A DNA stretch of 64,000 bases from Sedimentisphaerales bacterium (GTDB taxonomy: Bacteria > Planctomycetota > Phycisphaerae > Sedimentisphaerales > SM23-30), in the NCBI GenBank assembly GCA_963666285.1, contig OY762711.1; one strand, written 5' to 3'. Positions 1 through 10,611 of this stretch are shown piece after piece. Position numbers and translations under genes: made by a program. The notes beneath the pieces were generated by a model, which was not told the DNA's origin, searched no databases, and worked only from the letters and a program-made list of their open reading frames with translations. The stretch's first letter is position 1; every line of letters begins with the position of its first letter.

Positions 1-564
1 GTATCAAATAAGCTGTTCGACCTGATACTGCTGGACCTTATGCTGCCAAAAATAAGCGGCGAACAGTTATGCCTGCAATGGCGTCAACAAGGATTGAAAA
101 CTCCGATCATTATGCTTACCGCTAAAGGACAGGAAAAGGAAAAGATTGCAGGCCTGGATATGGGAGCAGATGATTATGTAACCAAACCGTTCTCACTGGA
201 AGAACTTTTGGCACGTATACACGCTGTTTTGCGGAGGATCGACCCTTCCCGCTCTGTTGGCACAGTATTTTCGTTCGGCCCGTTCAGTGTTGATACAGAT
301 GAGTTAAAGCTAAAGCTCAACGGTAACACTAATAAACTAACACCCAGGCAGGCACAGATACTACAGCTTTTTGCTTCTATGCCCGGTAAAATCGTAAGTC
401 GTGAAGAACTTTACAAAATAGCCTGGGGTGACTCACTCGAAGGTATTGAAACCCGCACCATTGATATGAATATTGCTCGCCTGCGAGACCTGCTAACTGA
501 AGCGGGAAGTTCAAAGGAACTAATACAGACTATTCGTGGTGCAGGCTATAAATATGAGCGTTAG
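1..564 (+). CDS. OmpR/PhoB-family response regulator (5' end outside window)
   Basis: Frame is open from base 1 (VSNKLFDLILLDLMLP); receiver motifs IIMLTAK and GADDYVTKPF; winged-helix end TIRGAGY. Confidence 0.93.
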   Translation, partial: VSNKLFDLILLDLMLPKISGEQLCLQWRQQGLKTPIIMLTAKGQEKEKIAGLDMGADDYVTKPFSLEELLARIHAVLRRIDPSRSVGTVFSFGPFSVDTDELKLKLNGNTNKLTPRQAQILQLFASMPGKIVSREELYKIAWGDSLEGIETRTIDMNIARLRDLLTEAGSSKELIQTIRGAGYKYER

Positions 565-578
565 CTGTCTGATAGTTT

Positions 579-757
579 ACTTTCGCAGTTTTTAAGTTGC
601 AAAATACGCCTAAAAGGGCCTTCCTGCAACACTTTGAATTAGATATACTTTAGAGAATTAGCTCGGAAATACAATTAAATGAAAAGATTTTCATTCACAA
701 GGCCCTGTTTCGGCCTTTGCGTGTAATGTTGAACAGTCAAAAGTGCGATACCGCACC
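579..757 (+). repeat. Dispersed ~200 bp element, copy 1
   Basis: Blocks ACTTTCGCAGTTTTTAAGTTGCA, CGCCTAAAAGGGCCTTCCTGCAACACTT and GGCCTTTGCGTGTAATGTTGAACAGTCAAAAGTGCG recur at 14268-14475 (-) and 34023-34219 (+). Confidence 0.9.
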
Positions 758-768
758 GATATAATATA

Positions 769-2802
769 ATGATAAAAAGATTTACTATAATTTGTTCCAT
801 TATTGGCCTGGCACTTCTGGTTCTCAGCATACTGGGAATGTCATCGCTTGGCATGCACGCCAAATCACTGCAGTCTGAACGACAGCAGGAATTCTTCTCG
901 GTCGCCAAAAAAGTGCGTTTTGATGTTAAGAAAAAACTGGACGACTTTTTACTGACCGAGCAAACACGGCCTTATACTGACTATCAATATTACTATGTGC
1001 CAATGACAGCAAACCGAGCCAATGCTCTAGTCAGGAGTCCACTGGCTGACAAATTCTCAAACGGGCTGGCAAATGGATACTTCCAGCTAAACTCAAATAA
1101 CAATATTATCAATCCTTACGCCCAATCAATAAATCAGGCTGCTCCTGAGGTTAAAGATTATCTTACGAATCTATCGAAAAACCTGCTGCCCTCACTAGGT
1201 TACGGTTCAGGACTGCAGGTTTCACGTGTAGAACCAAATAATGAAAATTTAGACTTAAATAACTCACTGGTTGACAGTTATAATTATGCCAGACAAACAA
1301 GCAGGTCAGGATATCAAAATAGCACTAAACAGTCTGAATCAAAAAACGCCTCCAACCGCAGCAAACGATATGAAATAGGACTTGACAATGAAAAACAGGC
1401 TGTTCAGACGCAAAATCTCACCAGAGATAATTATGAGTCTAATATCAATATTAACAATGACCTGGTCCGCTCGCAAATGGCTCAACAGACAATACCGCAA
1501 AACGACAATAAAAGAAAAAATGATTTTGACGAAAACAACAGAACTGACCAAAGGAATCAGAACTCCCAAGAAGAATTTGGGCAATATAATGAGAATAATC
1601 AAAACATACAACAGAGAGCCGGCAATTCATCGCTGATGGGCATGGGAATGAATGCCCTTGGAAGTATGGACACATATCAAAGTGAAGTGATACAGGCTCG
1701 AATAGAACCATTTGTACCAATGACAATAGCAGCCGAAAATGGTACTAATGGCATTTTTTCCGGCCAGGTCTTTATGCTCAGACATGTGCAGATCGAAAAC
1801 AATCATTACCTGCAGGGTTTCAGGCTTGATGAAACAGAACTGCTCAAACAGGTAAAAGAATCTGCTGATAAATTCATGTTAAGGGGGATGGGCTTCAAGA
1901 TATCAAAACAGGAAATACCTGAATCTGCTTATACCGCTGTACTTGATTTTGGCTTCGGGGAACTCGCGTTGAATTTACTGGAACTGCAACCGGAATGGAT
2001 TCCAAACCGGGTATCACAGGTAAGAAACTGGTTTTTTGCCATATTAAGCATCGTCTGGCTGGCTGTAATTATCTCACTGACAATGTTCTGGAAAAATATG
2101 TATGAACAAGTACAGCTATCCCATAAGAAAGATGATTTCATATCTGCTGTATCGCATGAACTCCGCACTCCTCTTACCAGTATCCGCATGTACACTGAAA
2201 TGCTCGAAAAAAACTGGGTAAAGACTGATGATAAACGTCGAGAATATTATTCTAATATGCGTCAGGAAAGCGAACGACTTACCAGGCTGGTAGAAAACGT
2301 TCTGGATTTCTCTCGTATCCAGCGTGGCAAAAAACGGTATGATCTAACTATGGGCAATATAAATGAATGCATTAACGATACCGTTGAGATGATGAAACCT
2401 TACGCAGAGCGAGCCGGTTTTAATATAATCACAGAATACTGCAATTTGCGTGAATTTTCTTTTGATAAGGATGCGGTAGTTCAGATTGTAATAAACCTGC
2501 TTGACAATGCATTCAAGTATGCAAAGGACGCTGAAAATAAAACTATAATAGTACGAACAATAGAAGATAAAAACCTTGCCATACTTGAAGTAGAAGATCG
2601 CGGCCCAGGTGTAGCACGAAGTGAACAGAAAAAGATATTTGAAGAATTCTATCGCTGCGGTGAAGAATCGACTCGTCAGACAACCGGAACCGGTCTGGGA
2701 TTGGCATTAGTTAAACGATTTGCTGAAGCTCATAACGGCTATGCAGAAATCACCAACATAAAACCTAACGGAGCGTTATTTAGAGTAGGCCTGGCAAAAT
2801 AA
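769..2802 (+). CDS. Membrane sensor histidine kinase with Q/N-rich extracytoplasmic region
   Basis: Two TM helices; H-box SHELRTPLT; N-box NLLDNAFKY; G-boxes DRGPG and GTGLGL. Confidence 0.95.
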   Translation: MIKRFTIICSIIGLALLVLSILGMSSLGMHAKSLQSERQQEFFSVAKKVRFDVKKKLDDFLLTEQTRPYTDYQYYYVPMTANRANALVRSPLADKFSNGLANGYFQLNSNNNIINPYAQSINQAAPEVKDYLTNLSKNLLPSLGYGSGLQVSRVEPNNENLDLNNSLVDSYNYARQTSRSGYQNSTKQSESKNASNRSKRYEIGLDNEKQAVQTQNLTRDNYESNININNDLVRSQMAQQTIPQNDNKRKNDFDENNRTDQRNQNSQEEFGQYNENNQNIQQRAGNSSLMGMGMNALGSMDTYQSEVIQARIEPFVPMTIAAENGTNGIFSGQVFMLRHVQIENNHYLQGFRLDETELLKQVKESADKFMLRGMGFKISKQEIPESAYTAVLDFGFGELALNLLELQPEWIPNRVSQVRNWFFAILSIVWLAVIISLTMFWKNMYEQVQLSHKKDDFISAVSHELRTPLTSIRMYTEMLEKNWVKTDDKRREYYSNMRQESERLTRLVENVLDFSRIQRGKKRYDLTMGNINECINDTVEMMKPYAERAGFNIITEYCNLREFSFDKDAVVQIVINLLDNAFKYAKDAENKTIIVRTIEDKNLAILEVEDRGPGVARSEQKKIFEEFYRCGEESTRQTTGTGLGLALVKRFAEAHNGYAEITNIKPNGALFRVGLAK

Positions 2803-2920
2803 TTATATTTTCTATATTAATGCAAATCACTTAACAACAAGGCTTAACATATGTTATGATTACTTCTATAACATGATAATTCATCAATAATTACTTTAGC
2901 TCACCATAGTCACTACTAAA

Positions 2921-2971
2921 GTCAAGTTCCGTATTAGGAACTTGACATAAAATTGTATCAGCGAGTATAAT
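2921..2971 (+). promoter_or_regulatory. Sigma70 promoter with a perfect inverted repeat overlapping the -35 box
   Basis: TTGACA 2942-2947, 18 bp spacer, TATAAT 2966-2971; GTCAAGTTCC-N6-GGAACTTGAC at 2921-2946. Confidence 0.75.
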
Positions 2972-3052
2972 ATATCCAAATACAGAACACAGGTTTCAAA
3001 TACGAACTAACAGTTGTGTTCTTAATTCAATATAGTGACAGGAGAGTATTAT

Positions 3053-5455
3053 ATGAAATCGCTAATTCAAGTTCTTATGCTAATTGCGTTTACCATAACG
3101 TCAACAATGGCAGCAAATGTAATTAAATTTAATGACAATGGCGGATGGTGCTGGTATCAGGACGAAAGAGTCATAGTGCAAGATGGTAAAGTATTTCTTT
3201 CCTCTGTAGCAAGCGAACCGGGCAAAGATGGTTCCAGCCGCAAAGGCGATATCCAGATAAACAGCTATGACATCGTCAAGGGAGGCCCAGTCGAGAATTT
3301 TATTCTTCATAAAAATCTTCAGTCCGATGACCATAACGTCCCGGCCCTGCTTACCCTGCCTGATGGCAAAATTCTGGCAATGTACAGCAAGCACGGCGGC
3401 GACAAAAATGCTCGATATAGAATAACTTCTAAACCCGGCGATATAACAAGCTGGTCTGAAGAACAAATTGTTTCTCGCAGCTATGGAACTAAACATGGAG
3501 TTACATATTCCAACCTTTTCAGGTTAAGTAATGAAAATGGCCGTATTTACGATTTCTATCGCGGCGAAAACTATAACCCAAACTTTTTGATTTCTGACGA
3601 TAATGGTCAAACATGGGAATATGGCGGACACTTGATTAAGAAAGACGGCCAGCGTCCATATGTGAAATACGCGTCAAATAACAAAGATAAAATTCACTTT
3701 GTCACAACCGAAGGCCATCCAAGAAATTACGACAACAGTATCTACCACGGATACATATGCAAAGGAAAGATATATGATTCATTCGGCAAAGAAGTCGGCG
3801 ATTTGTCCAAGGGTCCGGTAGCCCCGGAAGAACTAACAAAGGTATATGCCGGGGATAAAAATAATGTAGCATGGACGATCGATCTGCATCTGGATAAAAA
3901 CGGCAACCCTTACACTGCATTCAGCGTACAAAAAGACAGCGCCGGAATGCCAGTGGGCCAGGGAGGAGAAGACCACCGGTATTATTTTGCAAAACTAACC
4001 GGTAAAAAATGGCAGGTCAATGAAATAGCTTATGCCGGTTCAAAACTCTACTCTCGAGAAGATGACTACACCGGCCTCGTTGCCCTGGACCCTCAAAACC
4101 CAGATCGTATGATCATATCAACTAATGCCGACCCGGTATCAGGAAAAGCCCTGATAAGTAATGCTGACGGCGACCGTCATTATGAGCTTTTTGAAGGTAA
4201 ATCAACAGATAATGGTAAGAGCTGGAAATGGCAGGCTTTGACCAAAAACTCATTATTTGATAACCTTAGGCCGATTATCCCAATCTGGGACAGCTCAGAT
4301 ACTTTTTTAATCTGGCTTCGGGGTAAACTGGACAGTTTTACATGGTACAACCTTGAAATCGTAGGCGTACTAAACCCATCGGTCAATGATCCCGTTCTTT
4401 GTCCAGAAGTTGAACTGAAAAAATATTCAAATGAAATAGAAAAGCCAGCGATCATGGAAGTTATGACAGCTGTTGCTGACTGGCAAATAGCTAATCCAAG
4501 CGGTCACAGACTGACAGATTGGACCCAAGGTGCTTATTTTGCAGGACTTACCGAATTTGCCAAAATGTATAAAAATGATAAATATTTTGACGAACTAAAA
4601 AGCCTGGGTGACAAGACAAACTGGAAACTGGGCAGAAGAAAATACCATGCAGATGATCAGGCAGTAGGTCAAATGTATGTTGACATGTATCTGAAATATA
4701 AAGATCCAGAAATGCTGAAGGATACTCAGGATGTTTTTGATTATGTAATCAAGAACCGCTCATACATGCCGCTGGATCTTCGCAGACCAATAAAGGGTAA
4801 AGACCGTTACTGGTGGTGTGATTCACTGTTTATGGGTCCTCCAGCCCTGGCAAAGCTCACAACAGCAACCGGCGACAGCAAATATATGGACTTTATGATA
4901 GAAGAATGGAAATACAGCTACTGGTATCTGTATGATCAGGAAGAACATTTGTTTTTCCGTGACTGCAACTACTTTGACAAACGTGAAGCCAACGGCAAAA
5001 AAGTATTCTGGTCACGCGGTAACGGTTGGGTAATGGGCGGCCTGGTAAGAGTACTTGACGAGATGCCAAAGGATCATCCGGACCGACCATTCTTCGAAAA
5101 GCTATACAAGGAAATGGCTGAAAAGATCGCTAAAATTCTACCAGAAGACGGGCTGTGGCATTCGAGCCTGATGGACCCGGTAAGTTTCCCATCTAAAGAA
5201 GCAAGCGGCAGTGGATTCTACACTTATGCCCTGGCATGGGGAATCAACCGCGGCTACCTGGATAAGGAACAATATCTACCGGTAGCTACCAAGGCATGGA
5301 AGAACCTGGTAAGCTGTGTGCATCCCAACGGTAAACTAGGTTACGTACAGCCAATCGGTGCCGACCCACGAAAGGTACAATCACATCAGACAGAGATTTA
5401 CGGTGTGGGTTCATTTCTACTGGCCGGGAGTGAAATGTACAAACTGGCAAAATAA
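3053..5455 (+). CDS. Secreted BNR-4 beta-propeller fused to GH105/GH88 unsaturated uronyl hydrolase
   Basis: Signal peptide; GGWCWYQD, DDHNVP and Asp-boxes SDDNGQTW/STDNGKSW; C-terminal HADD, WWCDSLFM, FWSRGNGW, YGVGSFLLAG. ATG at 3053 follows GGAG. Confidence 0.88.
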   Translation: MKSLIQVLMLIAFTITSTMAANVIKFNDNGGWCWYQDERVIVQDGKVFLSSVASEPGKDGSSRKGDIQINSYDIVKGGPVENFILHKNLQSDDHNVPALLTLPDGKILAMYSKHGGDKNARYRITSKPGDITSWSEEQIVSRSYGTKHGVTYSNLFRLSNENGRIYDFYRGENYNPNFLISDDNGQTWEYGGHLIKKDGQRPYVKYASNNKDKIHFVTTEGHPRNYDNSIYHGYICKGKIYDSFGKEVGDLSKGPVAPEELTKVYAGDKNNVAWTIDLHLDKNGNPYTAFSVQKDSAGMPVGQGGEDHRYYFAKLTGKKWQVNEIAYAGSKLYSREDDYTGLVALDPQNPDRMIISTNADPVSGKALISNADGDRHYELFEGKSTDNGKSWKWQALTKNSLFDNLRPIIPIWDSSDTFLIWLRGKLDSFTWYNLEIVGVLNPSVNDPVLCPEVELKKYSNEIEKPAIMEVMTAVADWQIANPSGHRLTDWTQGAYFAGLTEFAKMYKNDKYFDELKSLGDKTNWKLGRRKYHADDQAVGQMYVDMYLKYKDPEMLKDTQDVFDYVIKNRSYMPLDLRRPIKGKDRYWWCDSLFMGPPALAKLTTATGDSKYMDFMIEEWKYSYWYLYDQEEHLFFRDCNYFDKREANGKKVFWSRGNGWVMGGLVRVLDEMPKDHPDRPFFEKLYKEMAEKIAKILPEDGLWHSSLMDPVSFPSKEASGSGFYTYALAWGINRGYLDKEQYLPVATKAWKNLVSCVHPNGKLGYVQPIGADPRKVQSHQTEIYGVGSFLLAGSEMYKLAK

Positions 5456-5550
5456 TAGAGTTTACCTCTCAAGCTGACAGGTGGTAAGTTTGAAAGGTAT
5501 TAGTTAGGCAGTGCAAAACCGGTCACTTTGAGTTCAACAATCTGACAAAA

Positions 5551-5588
5551 TGAAAAAGGAATCCGACTTAACCGGATTCCTTTTTTCA
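5551..5588 (+). terminator. Intrinsic terminator
   Basis: AAAAAGGAATCCG-loop-CGGATTCCTTTTTT. Confidence 0.8.
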
Positions 5589-5628
5589 TAAATATCAATC
5601 ACGCTGTTATCCCTAGTATTTTTCACAA

Positions 5629-6725
5629 CCCGGATTTTTTTCTGAAGTGCAACAAATGTTTTATTTGTAAAACACTTCAGTCGGTGTCCGATATCCCAGA
5701 CACTTTCTGGGACGATTATTGAGTTTATTGACTACTTTGTCAATTTCTTTTTGGCTGACAAGGTTAAAATCTGTCCCTTTAGGGAAGTATTGCCTTAACA
5801 GTCCGTTAGTATTTTCATTTGTACCCCTTTCGCAAGAACTATATGGGTGGGCAAAATACACCCTGGTCTTAAGTTCTTTCTCCAGAGTCTTAAACTCAGC
5901 AAATTCTTTACCATTATCAACTGTCATTGTTTTGATCATTTCTAATGGTATTTCACGAAGCTTACTTATTGAGGCTTTGTTGTAATCAGCTGCTGACTTA
6001 CTGTCAAGTTTGACAGCTACCAGATACCTGCTTTTTCTTTCAACATGGGTAGCAATATAGCTCTTATGGTTTCTGCCAACCATAGAATCTGACTCCCAAT
6101 GCCCAAGGGTACTTCGCTTATCTACATAGTCTGGGCGATCATCAATCATGCGTTTATCCGGTATCTGACCACGTTTATCGCTACTACCATACTTTTTACG
6201 CTTCTTCTTCAAGCCACGCCTTAACTTCATGTATAGCACACCGCCATCAGATTTGTCATTACGAACATAGCGATAAATTGTGCCGGCACAAATACTCATA
6301 TTACTACCATCTGTCAATAGCCTGCCGCTGATCTGCTCAGGTGACCACTCCTGGTTAAGTTTATCAAGAACATGATCTCGAAGTTGCTCATCCTGAAGTT
6401 TATATGGTTGTTTTGAGTTCTCACGCCTCTTCAAATAGTATTTCTGGGCGAGATGAGCCTTATATTCTCCTGTCGAAGAAACATTACGGCAAAGCTCTCT
6501 GTAGATAGTTGACCGGGATCTACCTAGTTTTTCAGCAATTTCTTCCATTGTTTTAGAATTTTCTCGCATTTTTAGTATCACTTCTCGCTCGTCAATTTTA
6601 AGATGTTTGTAGCCCATTACACCTCCGTCCTCTGGCTAGAGTCTTTGTTCGATATAAACTCTATCGGACGTTAAGTGTAGTGGGTTTTGTTACTTACATT
6701 TGTTGCACTTCAGAAAAAATCCGGG
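5629..6725 (-). mobile_element. Complete IS30-family insertion sequence
   Basis: ~30 bp terminal inverted repeats CCCGGA(T6-7)CTGAAGTGCAACAAATGT at 5629 and 6725; flanking 3 bp direct repeat CAA at 5626-5628 and 6726-6728. Confidence 0.93.
5661..6617 (-). CDS. IS30-family transposase
   Basis: N-terminal HTH (LGRSRSTIYREL), WSPEQI, GHWESD, TVDNGKEF, ERGTNENTNGLLRQYFPKG, NNRPRKCLGYRTP. Confidence 0.97.
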   Translation of the reverse strand: MGYKHLKIDEREVILKMRENSKTMEEIAEKLGRSRSTIYRELCRNVSSTGEYKAHLAQKYYLKRRENSKQPYKLQDEQLRDHVLDKLNQEWSPEQISGRLLTDGSNMSICAGTIYRYVRNDKSDGGVLYMKLRRGLKKKRKKYGSSDKRGQIPDKRMIDDRPDYVDKRSTLGHWESDSMVGRNHKSYIATHVERKSRYLVAVKLDSKSAADYNKASISKLREIPLEMIKTMTVDNGKEFAEFKTLEKELKTRVYFAHPYSSCERGTNENTNGLLRQYFPKGTDFNLVSQKEIDKVVNKLNNRPRKCLGYRTPTEVFYK

Positions 6726-6730
6726 CAACA

Positions 6731-6758
6731 AAAAAGGGAATGCTCGAAAGCATTCCCT
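6731..6758 (-). terminator. Intrinsic terminator of the 6801-9512 gene
   Basis: AAAAAGGGAATGC-TCGAAA-GCATTCCCT; the U-tract is on the minus strand. Confidence 0.75.
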
Positions 6759-6800
6759 GAATAATCACAATTTTATAATAACCTATTATAAAATATAAGC

Positions 6801-9512
6801 TTATTCTTCGGTTTCTTCCTGCCATAACCAAGCACGAGCAAACATACCAAAGTCAGCAAGATCAACAGATCCGTCAAGGTTAAAATCTGCACGAGCCGGA
6901 TTAAAGGCAACGCTTAACTGAATCAGCTTACCACCAGCATATCCATGTGATGCAGCATCAACAACATTCAATTCAAAATCCTGTTCCATCTCACTTACAA
7001 GAGTTACAGAATCCAACCCACTAATATCATTATTGGCAATCCAGATAATATCAAATGAGTCACCTTCCTGCCCCTGATAACCATCAAGGGTATTAACAAC
7101 AATTGTCAGGTTATCAAGCTTAGCTCCACCATTATATTCACTATCGGCATCGGCACCAACAGTGATTAGAGAAGTACCGTTCTGGTCAAGATTTAAGCTA
7201 ATCTTAGCAGAATCATCTTCAACTGAAAGTTCTTGAATATCAATTGATTCAGCATCAGAACCTGAAATAATGAAATCAGCATTCACATAAAGTTTCAGAG
7301 AACCAACATTTGTCAAGCTACCGCCAGAAATTCCATATTCTCCGCCAGCACCAATACTGCTAGAGCTACCAATTTTCAACTCAAGCCCGTTTAGATCCGT
7401 AACACCACCAGTCTGTTCAACAGAGCCATAACCACTATCAGCATAACCACATAGCAGCCCAGAACCTGTACCTTCAGTTTTTGCAGCATTGAAAACACCA
7501 CCATTTATTGCCAGACGGCCAATAGCAAGGTCACCAACACAAACAGGAGTATCAGTAAAATTAAGTTCTCCATCATTCAATATGACTTCTGCGGTTCCAG
7601 AAGAATCATGACCGACAGAAACCTTTTCAAAACCGGTAAAGCTGGCTGAACCACTATCAACTACAAAATCAGAATCACGCATAATGTAGATACGACGTCC
7701 GGCATAACTATTATTAGTAAATACTGCGTCTCCACCATTGATATAAAACAAGTCGCTTTCACTACTTGCATCTCTACCCATCAACATAGACCAGAAATCG
7801 GCAGTTCCTGTAGTAGTTTCATCAACAACATAATCAACTTTCAAAGATCCACCAGTAAGATTATAAGTACCTGATATACCTGAAGTATCAGTAAACAGGA
7901 ACCCACGGCTAATCTGTGCATAATACTCTCCACCAGTCTGGTTAATTGTCGAAGATGTATTTTTAGAAAGAATAGCATACATAGTAGGTCCGACCAAAAG
8001 TTTACTATTATCTTCAATAGTTGTTACGGTAGAAGCACCTGAACCGCCACCAAAACGGCTACCTTCCGGACATATGAGTTGAGCATTATCCTGCAGGGTA
8101 ATATAGCTACTGTGGTAGAAATTACCAGAAAGATCAATATCTACTATAGCATCACCACCAATTAATACATCATCACTTGCGGTAGGTGCTATTTGCGCAT
8201 CCCAGTTACCTGCTTCTGACCATAAAGTAGTACCTGCATCACCTGTCCATGTCCATAAAGGCCATGCATCTATTACTGAATACTCTGAAGACTGAGAGGA
8301 ACCATAATTATTAGTGGCAATACAACTGTAAGAACCAAATGTTTCATCTGATATGACAACAGATAGAATAGATTCAGTATCAGTAAAGGAAACAGAATAA
8401 TTAGGATTCGTATCCGGATCTATTGCTACATCATTCAAATACCAGGTGACACTATTTACAGATGCCATTGTACTCTCATAAGTTGCTGTAACATCTACAG
8501 TTAATCCTTCTCTATAATGTTCACCCTCTGTAATATCAATCATCCTTGGTACATAATAAACAGTTGAAAAACTCCAAACCGGGCCAAAAATATTATTGGG
8601 ATCGCCAACGGGATATAAAACACCGGAATTACTGTAAACCGCTTCTTCCACCTGCCAATAATAAGTAGTATTATACTCAGTCATACCAATATTATAAATA
8701 CTACTTGCAGCAGGTTCAGCACTATTCAAACAAACCATATTATCTAGCGATGATCCCATATACACATAGAAGTCTTCTGATATAACACCATTTGGATCAT
8801 TTCCAGGCATCCAGGACAAAACTGTTTCCTGGGCTGTTAAACCTGCAACACCATTTTCCGGTGTAGGATTATAAGGCTTTAATGTAGGAATAACCAGCAA
8901 ACCATCATACCAGGTACGATCGCCTGTGACACCATTTAAAGTAAACTCGCCATCGTTAACAAAAACTTTAACACTACCAGAACTGTCAGTAACAACAGTG
9001 CCAACATATACAGCATACATACAAGCTCTATCAACATAGTCCTGCTCTTCTCTAAAAGGATAACTCCCAGTTTCCTCATTATAATATAAACCCAGATTAT
9101 ATTGCATAACTGAGCTATCATCAGCAAGAGTATTGGTTTCAAGAACATAGGAGCCAGACTCAAAACCAACCCTTACACCCCAGGTTGAACCTACTTTTCC
9201 TCCAGAAACAACATATACATCATAAGAAATTAAAGGATTTAACCCGGCAAGAGTTTCTTCAAACTCCTGATTATCTGTCCAAGTTGCCTTACTGGAATCT
9301 GCAAGGTTTCCCTTTGTCCCCCAATCCTTAGTCCTAAAACCAAGTTCACCATCAGAACCTTCATGATCAAAATAAATATAATCTGCAGGACCAATTAATT
9401 CATCCACTGCACTGTGTAAATCACCCAGAGTAGCTCCAATTGCATTAACCGAAACTACTGATAATAATAACATTAACGACACATAAATACTAAACAAGTA
9501 ATTCTTTTTCAT
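6801..9512 (-). CDS. Large secreted protein (FN3/Ig-like domains, beta-helix passenger-like region, C-terminal dockerin-like motif)
   Basis: Signal peptide; YYWQVEE...GPVWSFST; WSEAGNW; Gly-rich GG strand repeats; ADFNLDGSVDLADFGMFARAWL. Confidence 0.75.
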   Translation of the reverse strand: MKKNYLFSIYVSLMLLLSVVSVNAIGATLGDLHSAVDELIGPADYIYFDHEGSDGELGFRTKDWGTKGNLADSSKATWTDNQEFEETLAGLNPLISYDVYVVSGGKVGSTWGVRVGFESGSYVLETNTLADDSSVMQYNLGLYYNEETGSYPFREEQDYVDRACMYAVYVGTVVTDSSGSVKVFVNDGEFTLNGVTGDRTWYDGLLVIPTLKPYNPTPENGVAGLTAQETVLSWMPGNDPNGVISEDFYVYMGSSLDNMVCLNSAEPAASSIYNIGMTEYNTTYYWQVEEAVYSNSGVLYPVGDPNNIFGPVWSFSTVYYVPRMIDITEGEHYREGLTVDVTATYESTMASVNSVTWYLNDVAIDPDTNPNYSVSFTDTESILSVVISDETFGSYSCIATNNYGSSQSSEYSVIDAWPLWTWTGDAGTTLWSEAGNWDAQIAPTASDDVLIGGDAIVDIDLSGNFYHSSYITLQDNAQLICPEGSRFGGGSGASTVTTIEDNSKLLVGPTMYAILSKNTSSTINQTGGEYYAQISRGFLFTDTSGISGTYNLTGGSLKVDYVVDETTTGTADFWSMLMGRDASSESDLFYINGGDAVFTNNSYAGRRIYIMRDSDFVVDSGSASFTGFEKVSVGHDSSGTAEVILNDGELNFTDTPVCVGDLAIGRLAINGGVFNAAKTEGTGSGLLCGYADSGYGSVEQTGGVTDLNGLELKIGSSSSIGAGGEYGISGGSLTNVGSLKLYVNADFIISGSDAESIDIQELSVEDDSAKISLNLDQNGTSLITVGADADSEYNGGAKLDNLTIVVNTLDGYQGQEGDSFDIIWIANNDISGLDSVTLVSEMEQDFELNVVDAASHGYAGGKLIQLSVAFNPARADFNLDGSVDLADFGMFARAWLWQEETEE

Positions 9513-10611
9513 TCTATCTATACTCCTCTATGAAAAAAATTATAACTTTACCATTATTCAACAGAATCTAATTCAAATTAACAATACACAAATGTCTATC
9601 AAATAAGGTAAATTGACATATAGGCTTTCCTGCCTACTTTAGTCAGTCATTTTGACTACCATTTAATCAGGTAGAAATATGACATCCATTAAATGGAGCA
9701 ACACACTCCACAATTCAAATCAGAACTTATTCTATTATTACTGACTGATTTAAATAGATGTAACTTATTCTACTAACTGTAGACTTAACCTAAATAATAT
9801 GTCTTAATTCAAAATATACATATCACCCCTATATAAGTACATAATACTTACATACAGGATCAAAATAAGGCGGGTGTCTTTTTGCCTACCTGCGAAAAAC
9901 AATTATCGCAACAAAAAGAACTATTGGGAGGGAAGGTATAAGTTCTACTCTCTACTATTAAACTAAACCTTTGTTCTAATGGCTCGGAAATATTTTTCCG
10001 ATTTATTCCGCACACAAAAGTGATACAGAAATAACATCTTTTCCAATCTCTTACATTTCTACTTTCATATAAAACAAATCAATACATCAAATTTTTATTT
10101 CATCTACTCTCCTCCAAGTTTAAGGTGTCAAAATTAAATTTATTTACTTATACAATTGCACATAAATATCAAACTATCACAGCAACCAAGAAAAGGCAAA
10201 AATGATTAAAACCTTAACTAAGCATATGTTACAGTCATAATTTATGTTTAGTCTGCATATTTGCCATGCCTTCCAGAGTACGGCCTGCACAACCAGATGC
10301 ACAGTAGAGTTAAAAAATATTTTCTTATCTCTACTTCTTATCTACCTTAAAAACCAAAAAGTGTACCCCAAAAATAATATAAAAGTATAATTCTTACAAT
10401 AAGTTAGGTAAAATATCCTGCAAATTCAGGTGGACTAGAAGTAATATTAAAAATTTAATAAAATTGTGTTATTATAATGCTAATTAATATTAACAATCTC
10501 ATTTATCGGCAAGAACTGGTGATAAATATGCGCAAGGTGGTCTTCAATTTGCCATAAATTACTGATATGATGGGACTTTCATATTATAACCATAACAATA
10601 GGAGTTAAAAC

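Noticed and set aside
9513..10611. Riboswitch or DnaA-box cluster
   Set aside because: No recognisable riboswitch core; best DnaA-box matches have two or more mismatches.
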